Assembly (NCBI GenBank): GCA_003133025.1
Contig: PKZK01000111.1
Location: 1-12,360 of the forward strand
Length of the DNA: 12,360 nucleotides
Origin: Vulcanimicrobiota bacterium
Lineage (GTDB): Bacteria > Vulcanimicrobiota > Vulcanimicrobiia > Vulcanimicrobiales > Vulcanimicrobiaceae
Reading direction: 5' to 3'
Below are positions 7,178-12,360 of this stretch, piece by piece. The position numbers and the translations under genes were made by a program. Under the pieces are notes generated by a model. It made no database searches. It was not told the origin of the DNA and saw nothing but the letters and a program-made list of their open reading frames with translations. How positions within the stretch are numbered: the stretch's first letter is position 1; every line of letters starts with the position of its first letter.

Positions 7178-8461
7178 ATGGCGAGCATGACCAAAAGTTC
7201 GGCGCTCGGCTGGGGTTTCGCGTTTCTCGGCGCGCTCGCGCTCGCGGCCGGCTGTTCCGGCGGCAATGCGGTCAATTACAGTAACCCGCACCCGTCGACG
7301 CCGCCACCGCTGGTGTCGGTCTCGGTTACCGTTGCGTTGCCGATCGGAACGGGTGGTCCGGTGCGCCAAGGCATCCGGAAAACCAAGTCGCTGACCACCA
7401 ACAACGTACAGTCGGTGACGGTGCAGGCCGCCTTGTCGGGCACGCAAGCCGCCTCGACGACGATCAACACGACGATGAATTCGTCGAATTGCGGCTCGTC
7501 GGGCGGCACGCTCACCTGTACCGGGACGGTGCAGGCGCCCGAGGGCAACAACGTCACCTTCGCGATCGTCACCTACGGCGAGACGAACGCGCAGGGTTCG
7601 CCGCTCGCGGCCGGCACCGTGTTGCAGAGCGTGGCCGCTTCCGGCAGCACGCTCACGATCGGGGCGAGCACGCTCGCCGGCTTCAGCCTGTACATCTCGA
7701 GTTTGACGGTCGCCGTCAATCCATCGGTGTTCAACGCCGGCACGCCGGCCACGTTCGCCTTCACCTTCGTCGCATACGACGCAACCGGCACGCAGATCCA
7801 GGCGCCGGGCGTCTTCGCGAATCCGATCATCCTCTCGTTGCCCGATACCAACGTGTTCGGTTTGATTCCGACGCCGGGGTCGACGCCGAACTACGTCAAC
7901 GACGTCATCCCGCCGGTCACGCAGGCCGGTCAGTCGCTCAACTTCGGGTACTCGGGCTTTGCGCCCGGCTTCAACGGAGGGGCGAACGTCTTTACGTTCC
8001 CCATCTTCGTCTCGGGCCTCAGTCCCGGCCAGATCACCGGTAGCACGAACGTTACGGTCATCGCGCCGTCGCCGTCCGCCGCGCCGTCGCTGCTGACGCC
8101 CACGCCGCTGCCGCCGACCCCGACGCCCGCGCCGACCACCACGCCGTCGCCGCTGCCGACGTATACGCCCGGACCGATCTCGGTGAATCCGACCGCGCTC
8201 TACTTCGGCGAGCCGACGGCGGCGCCGCAGCAGTTCACCGCCAGCGAAAACGGCGTCTCGACGTTCAACGCGGAGCCGCTCGACCCGAGCATCGCCTCGG
8301 TCAGCCCGTCGTCCGGATCGACGTTCACCGTGACGCCGCTCGCGGCGGGCGAAACGCTGATCATCGTGACCGATGCCAGCGGCAACGCAAACGCCGTCGA
8401 CGTGTACATCAACCAGATCATCATCAATCCGCAAGCGAAGACGAAGTTGAGGAAACACTGA
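7178..8461 (+). CDS. Uncharacterised beta-rich surface lipoprotein with Pro/Thr linker and C-terminal Ig-like domain
   Basis: Starts 1 nt after the upstream TAA. Lipobox LAAG-C26 and a C-x8-C pair. PT-rich linker at 8063-8176. Ig-like end (ISVNPTALYF...TFTVTPLAAGETLIIVTDASGN) and basic tail KTKLRKH. Confidence 0.87.
   Translation: MASMTKSSALGWGFAFLGALALAAGCSGGNAVNYSNPHPSTPPPLVSVSVTVALPIGTGGPVRQGIRKTKSLTTNNVQSVTVQAALSGTQAASTTINTTMNSSNCGSSGGTLTCTGTVQAPEGNNVTFAIVTYGETNAQGSPLAAGTVLQSVAASGSTLTIGASTLAGFSLYISSLTVAVNPSVFNAGTPATFAFTFVAYDATGTQIQAPGVFANPIILSLPDTNVFGLIPTPGSTPNYVNDVIPPVTQAGQSLNFGYSGFAPGFNGGANVFTFPIFVSGLSPGQITGSTNVTVIAPSPSAAPSLLTPTPLPPTPTPAPTTTPSPLPTYTPGPISVNPTALYFGEPTAAPQQFTASENGVSTFNAEPLDPSIASVSPSSGSTFTVTPLAAGETLIIVTDASGNANAVDVYINQIIINPQAKTKLRKH
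8063..8176 (+). repeat. Pro/Thr/Ser low-complexity linker
   Basis: APSPSAAPSLLTPTPLPPTPTPAPTTTPSPLPTYTPGP, encoded by repeated ACG/TCG-CCG codons. Confidence 0.8.
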
Positions 8462-10614
8462 TGCTCCGACGGATTGCGCTTCCCGTATTCGCGCTGGCGC
8501 TGGCGGCCGGGTGTTCCGGCGGCGGCGGCTCCTCGTCGGCTCCGCCGACGTCGCCGGCTACCAACGCGCCGGCGTCGACGCGGCAGATCACGTTCACGAT
8601 CTCGTTCAAGGAGTCGGATCAAGCCGCGAAGATTCGGCGCGCGGCGAGCCGCGCCCGCGGTCACCTTCGGCAGCCGAAATACATCAGCCCGAATACCGGT
8701 TCGATCGGCGTGGCCGTCAACGGCGGCCAGGCAGTGTATTCGGCGGTGACCTGCCAAAACGGGCAGTGCCAGGCGTCGGTGACGGTCGTGGCGCCGGTCA
8801 ATCAGACCGACACGTTCGCGGTGACCGACTGGACCGGTCCCGACGGTCCGAATAACGGCGGCGTGCTGCTCTCCGAAGGCTCCGCATCGACGTACATCAC
8901 GGCGGGCGGCACGATCGTGATTCCCGTGACCTTGGGCGGCATCGTGTCGCAAATCGTTTCGGTGAACCTGACCAACACGACGTTCACCTCGGGTACGAGC
9001 GGTACGTCGACGTTGACCGTCAGTGCTACCGATCCGTCGGGCGCACTCATCGTCGGCTGTTTTGCGTCACCCGTGCCGGTGCAGATCTTCGAGAACGACA
9101 ATCTCGAAGCGTTCAGCTTCTCGAGCCAAGGCGAGTTGACCAAGGGTGAAGTGATCGGCAGCGGCTCGACGCAGGACGGCTGCCCGGCGGACGGCAGTTC
9201 GCTGACACTGTATTACTCGGGCGCGCAGACCGGAGAATCGTTTCCCGCCGATGCGGTCGTCGGCGCGGACCTGCCCGGCACGCAAGGAATCTCGTTCGGG
9301 TTCACCTGGGGCCAGACGAATTCGTTCGGTCTCTTTTTCAACGGACCCGACGACAAGACGACCGTGCTCGACGAAATAACGACGACCTGCCCCGGTGGCG
9401 GCGTGCCCTGCGCGTATTACGAGCCGGCGCTCCTGCCGTTTCTGAGCACGATCACGGGTCTCGGGACCGCGGGTTCGGGTGAGAATGGCTCGCCGGCACT
9501 CTGGGGCACCGACAACTACACCGGACTGACGACGGGTATTACCGCCGCCGGCGCCTTCACCATCTATCCGACCAACGGCGATTACGTGGGGCCGCCGAAT
9601 TCGCCCGATCCGAACTTCCCGAACTACTCGATCCCCTACGATCTCGGCGGCGGCGATCTGCTGATACCGAACTACGGCTCGCAGAACTTGGTCGAGTTCA
9701 AGGACGGCTCCAACTCGCAAACGTTCGACGTGTTGAAGCCCGCGTACACCAGCGCGGGGTTCGCGTTCCCGGTGGGAATCGTGCCGAGCGTGTTCGTGCC
9801 CGACGGTTCGGGCAATCTCTGGTTCGTCGATCCCAATACGGCCGCAGTCGACGAAGCGAACTCGACCGGCGGAAACATCGTGTCGTGCGCTTCGACCTTC
9901 AGCGACGGCGTCACGCCCGTCGCCTTCGATGCCCTGGCCGTCAGCGGGTCGACCGTGTGGTCTTCGACGGTGGCGGCGCCTCCGAGCGACCCGGAATCGT
10001 TTGCGATAGCGCGCTTTCCGACGAGCGTCGCCGGCTCGAACCCGTGCACGGTGCCGTACACCGATGCCGTCTCCGTGCCGAACGAGGTCGACCGCTTAGC
10101 GGTCGATGGCGGCGGAAACCTCTGGTACGTCGACAACGCCGAGAACCTCGGATACATCCCGGCCGCGGGCGGAACGCCGGCGACGCAGGCGTTGGGTCAC
10201 TTCATCGCCTCGAATCTCGTGCTGTCGGGATCGTATTTCTACGGCATCGACGCGGCCGACAGCGAGATCGTGCGCATCGCCGTAGGCGCCGCGCCGCCGA
10301 ATGCCGTGGCGACCTTCGCCTCGCTGCCCGCAAACTGGAATACCATCAACGATAACGCGAACAACTTCAACGACATCTGGCTCGCGGCGGGCCCGGGCAC
10401 GACGCTGTGGTTTGCCGGTAGCACGGCCACGGGCTTGCGTTCGCCGACCAATCAGGTGTTCGAGTTCGACCCGACCCAGTTGTCGTTCGGCTCCTCGGCG
10501 AGAACGCTCCGCGTCGCGCAGCACGCGACCAAGCGGCTCTCGCACGCTCGCACGGGCCGGGCCGGTCGCGGCTTGCCCGTACGGCGCTCGCTCCCGAACT
10601 TCGGCTTCCGCTGA
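8461..10614 (+). CDS. Surface lipoprotein with shared N-terminal beta module and C-terminal Vgb/NHL-like beta-propeller
   Basis: TGATG overlap and GAGGA SD. Lipobox LAAG-C18. About seven repeating blade motifs (SPALWGT, GGDLLI, DGSGNLWF, SGSTVWS, DGGGNLWY, SGSYFYG, GPGTTLWF). Arg-rich tail. Confidence 0.87.
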   Translation: MLRRIALPVFALALAAGCSGGGGSSSAPPTSPATNAPASTRQITFTISFKESDQAAKIRRAASRARGHLRQPKYISPNTGSIGVAVNGGQAVYSAVTCQNGQCQASVTVVAPVNQTDTFAVTDWTGPDGPNNGGVLLSEGSASTYITAGGTIVIPVTLGGIVSQIVSVNLTNTTFTSGTSGTSTLTVSATDPSGALIVGCFASPVPVQIFENDNLEAFSFSSQGELTKGEVIGSGSTQDGCPADGSSLTLYYSGAQTGESFPADAVVGADLPGTQGISFGFTWGQTNSFGLFFNGPDDKTTVLDEITTTCPGGGVPCAYYEPALLPFLSTITGLGTAGSGENGSPALWGTDNYTGLTTGITAAGAFTIYPTNGDYVGPPNSPDPNFPNYSIPYDLGGGDLLIPNYGSQNLVEFKDGSNSQTFDVLKPAYTSAGFAFPVGIVPSVFVPDGSGNLWFVDPNTAAVDEANSTGGNIVSCASTFSDGVTPVAFDALAVSGSTVWSSTVAAPPSDPESFAIARFPTSVAGSNPCTVPYTDAVSVPNEVDRLAVDGGGNLWYVDNAENLGYIPAAGGTPATQALGHFIASNLVLSGSYFYGIDAADSEIVRIAVGAAPPNAVATFASLPANWNTINDNANNFNDIWLAAGPGTTLWFAGSTATGLRSPTNQVFEFDPTQLSFGSSARTLRVAQHATKRLSHARTGRAGRGLPVRRSLPNFGFR

Positions 10615-10618
10615 GCAG

Positions 10619-11098
10619 CTAGCGGTCGGCGGCCGCGAGGGCGAGCGCGGCCGCGGCGAGCAGCAACGCGCCGCCGTAAACGCGCGACGACTTCTGATGC
10701 ATCGCATCGTAGGCGACGCGCCGCGGATCGGTCTTCGGCACGTCGTTGAAGGGCACGCCGAAGGCCGCCGAGGCTTGCTGCATCTCCGGCAGAATGGCGT
10801 TGGCGTCGTACGCGCTCAGACCCATGGCCAAGACGATCAGCCCGATGCGCGCGTAGGCGAGACGCGGCGAGCCGCCCGTGCGCGAGCGAACGAAAGCGGC
10901 GACGATCGCCAGGGTGCCGCAGACGTAGCCGAGTTGCGTGAGCGAGAGTATCGTGCGTCCCGTCAACGTCGCGAAGCGGTCCAGATCGGTGACGATACGG
11001 AAGGCGATCGGCGCGAAGACGAAGGCGAACCCGGCGAGGCCGCCAATCCAGACGGCGAGTACCAGGGTTTCGGACACGGCGAAGATTCGTGCGAGCAT
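10619..11098 (-). CDS. DUF4149/TMEM205-like membrane protein
   Basis: 159 aa from ATG 11098 (MLARIFAVSE...). Four hydrophobic segments with the motifs WIGGLAGFAFVFAPIAF and YDAMHQKSSRVYG. The longer ORF-track N-terminus is antisense to suhB and was discarded. Confidence 0.82.
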   Translation of the reverse strand: MLARIFAVSETLVLAVWIGGLAGFAFVFAPIAFRIVTDLDRFATLTGRTILSLTQLGYVCGTLAIVAAFVRSRTGGSPRLAYARIGLIVLAMGLSAYDANAILPEMQQASAAFGVPFNDVPKTDPRRVAYDAMHQKSSRVYGGALLLAAAALALAAADR

Positions 11099-11126
11099 CG
11101 AGGCCCACGTTTCAACCGGGAGGCCC

Positions 11127-11885
11127 GTGGACCCGCTGGAGTGCGCCGTCGAGATCGCCAAAGAGGCCGGCATTCTCTTGCGCGACCGCTCGGGGGCGCT
11201 AGAAATCGGGGAGAAGAGCGCGCGCGGGGATCTGGTGACTGCGGCCGACCGGGAGAGTGAGCGCTTCATCGTGGAGCGGCTGCGCGCTCGGTTCCCCACG
11301 GCGACCATTCTAGGCGAAGAAGGCGGCATCAGGGCCGGCAGTGCGGACGAACGCTGGATCATCGACCCGTTGGACGGAACGACCAACTACGCCCACGGAT
11401 ATCCGCTGTATTGCGTCTCGATCGGCTACGAGCGCCGCGGCCACATGGTGGCCGGCGCCGTGTATGCGCCCGTCCTCGACGAACTCTACGCGGCCGAGCG
11501 CGGCAGCGGCGCGCGCTGTAACGGGCATCCGCTGAAGGTGTCGGCGATCGGCCTCGTGCGGGAGGCGCTGCTCTGCACGGGCTTCGTGCCCGCGCGTTAC
11601 GAGCGAAACGGGGCGAACTTCGCGCGCCTTTCGCAACTGGCCCAAGCAGTCCGCCGCGACGGCTCCGCCGCGCTCGACCTGTGCTTCGTGGCGCGCGGCG
11701 TCTTCGACGCATTCTGGGAACTCGATCTGAGCCCGTGGGACGTCGCGGCCGGTTCGCTCATCGTGGGCGAGGCGGGCGGACGGGTGAGCGCCTGCGATGG
11801 TGGAACGTTCTCCGTGGACGACGCCTCTATCGTGGCGAGCAACGGTCGCATCCATGCGCAGATGGTGCAGGCGCTCAACGCATGA
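11127..11885 (+). CDS. suhB: Inositol monophosphatase family protein (SuhB-like)
   Basis: Motifs DLVTAAD, ILGEE, WIIDPLDGTTNYAHG, GSAALDLCFVARG, WELDLSPWDVAAG and IVASNG. Start GTG 11127 with GGGAGG just upstream gives 252 aa. Confidence 0.93.
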   Translation: MDPLECAVEIAKEAGILLRDRSGALEIGEKSARGDLVTAADRESERFIVERLRARFPTATILGEEGGIRAGSADERWIIDPLDGTTNYAHGYPLYCVSIGYERRGHMVAGAVYAPVLDELYAAERGSGARCNGHPLKVSAIGLVREALLCTGFVPARYERNGANFARLSQLAQAVRRDGSAALDLCFVARGVFDAFWELDLSPWDVAAGSLIVGEAGGRVSACDGGTFSVDDASIVASNGRIHAQMVQALNA

Positions 11886-12360
11886 TTCCGGCGATGCTGG
11901 TCGCAGCGGCGATCCATTCGCTTCCCTATTTGCCGTGGCGTTCGAAGACGCGCGTTGCGTCGTTCGGCGTTGCCGCCGCTCGTGCCGCGCACGTTACCGG
12001 TGTTGATCCTCTCCGGCGATCTCGACACCGTCACCTCACACGGCGATGCGGAGCAGGCCGCGCACCAATTGGGCGCCTCGGTGACGTTCGTCGACATCCC
12101 CAACGAGGTGCACGCTCCGGCGCTCGGAGACCCATATGGCTGCGCATCGAGCATCGTGGTTCGGTTCGTCATCGCCCCGTCGGCGCCGCCGGATACGTCG
12201 TGCACGGCGACGATTCCCGAGGTCCGCGCGCTCGGCGTCTTCCCGACGACGCTGGGCGATATGCCTCCGGCGTCGGCGCAGCGCGGTAACACCGCAACGG
12301 CGGCCGAACTGCAACTCAGCGCGATCGCCGTCAACGCGCTCGGCGATTCGTTGCTCGGCG
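11882..12360 (+). pseudogene. Disrupted/truncated TAP-like (tripeptidyl aminopeptidase-type) alpha/beta hydrolase, runs off the right edge
   Basis: The frame starting at 11886 is open to the window end and encodes PVLILSGDLDTVT...A...L....V...NEVH...D..CA..V.RF...DTSC, a TAP C-terminal pattern with Asp at 12024 and His at 12111. No GxSxG nucleophile region precedes it. ATG 11882 (ATGA overlap with suhB) gives a signal-like MIPAMLVAAA in a different frame. Confidence 0.6.

Noticed and set aside
9460..10480. Calling the propeller virginiamycin B lyase (vgb), phytase or PhoX
   Set aside because: Only generic blade repeats were seen, with no recognisable catalytic residues.
10938..11386. N-terminal extensions of the suhB and DUF4149 ORFs (apparent long head-to-head overlap)
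   Set aside because: Each extension is the antisense of the other gene. Family-like sequence starts at 11127 and 11098.
11127..11885. Inositol monophosphatase as part of the phosphate-scavenging locus
   Set aside because: Cytoplasmic housekeeping-type SuhB, separated by an oppositely oriented gene, with no 11-bp repeat seen upstream. Adjacency alone is insufficient.
11883..11969. Stop read-through fusing SuhB to the in-frame TAP domain
   Set aside because: The intervening in-frame peptide (FRRCWSQRRS...) is Arg-rich and non-protein-like, and SuhB ends at its normal length.
1..12360. CRISPR arrays, tRNA/rRNA, IS elements, integrases, riboswitches
   Set aside because: No repeat-spacer array, cloverleaf, transposase/recombinase motif or cobalamin/TPP aptamer was recognised. 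The receptor leader is too short for a B12 riboswitch.

Overview
GC-rich bacterial DNA from a diderm. The protein style resembles Eremiobacterota/Vulcanimicrobiia or Acidobacteriota, which is an inference only. The core is a divergent cell-envelope locus. Leftward are an orphan NarL/LuxR-family response regulator with a degenerate acidic pocket, then a secreted DING-type PstS phosphate-binding protein carrying a ~60-70-residue insertion, a terminator hairpin, and the probable start of another exported protein at the left edge. Rightward is a translationally coupled four-gene operon: an Oar-like TonB-dependent receptor plus three uncharacterised lipoproteins. Two of the lipoproteins share an N-terminal module, have their basic residues concentrated in a short N-terminal linker and a C-terminal tail, and one ends in a beta-propeller. 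The three intergenic regions of this locus (left edge, DING-regulator, regulator-receptor) carry 11-bp-period direct repeats, two with Pho-box/-10 geometry. This suggests a phosphate-starvation-induced outer-membrane scavenging or surface-appendage system. To the right are a DUF4149-like membrane protein, an inositol monophosphatase (suhB-like), and an apparently deleted/frameshifted TAP-like alpha/beta hydrolase running off the window.
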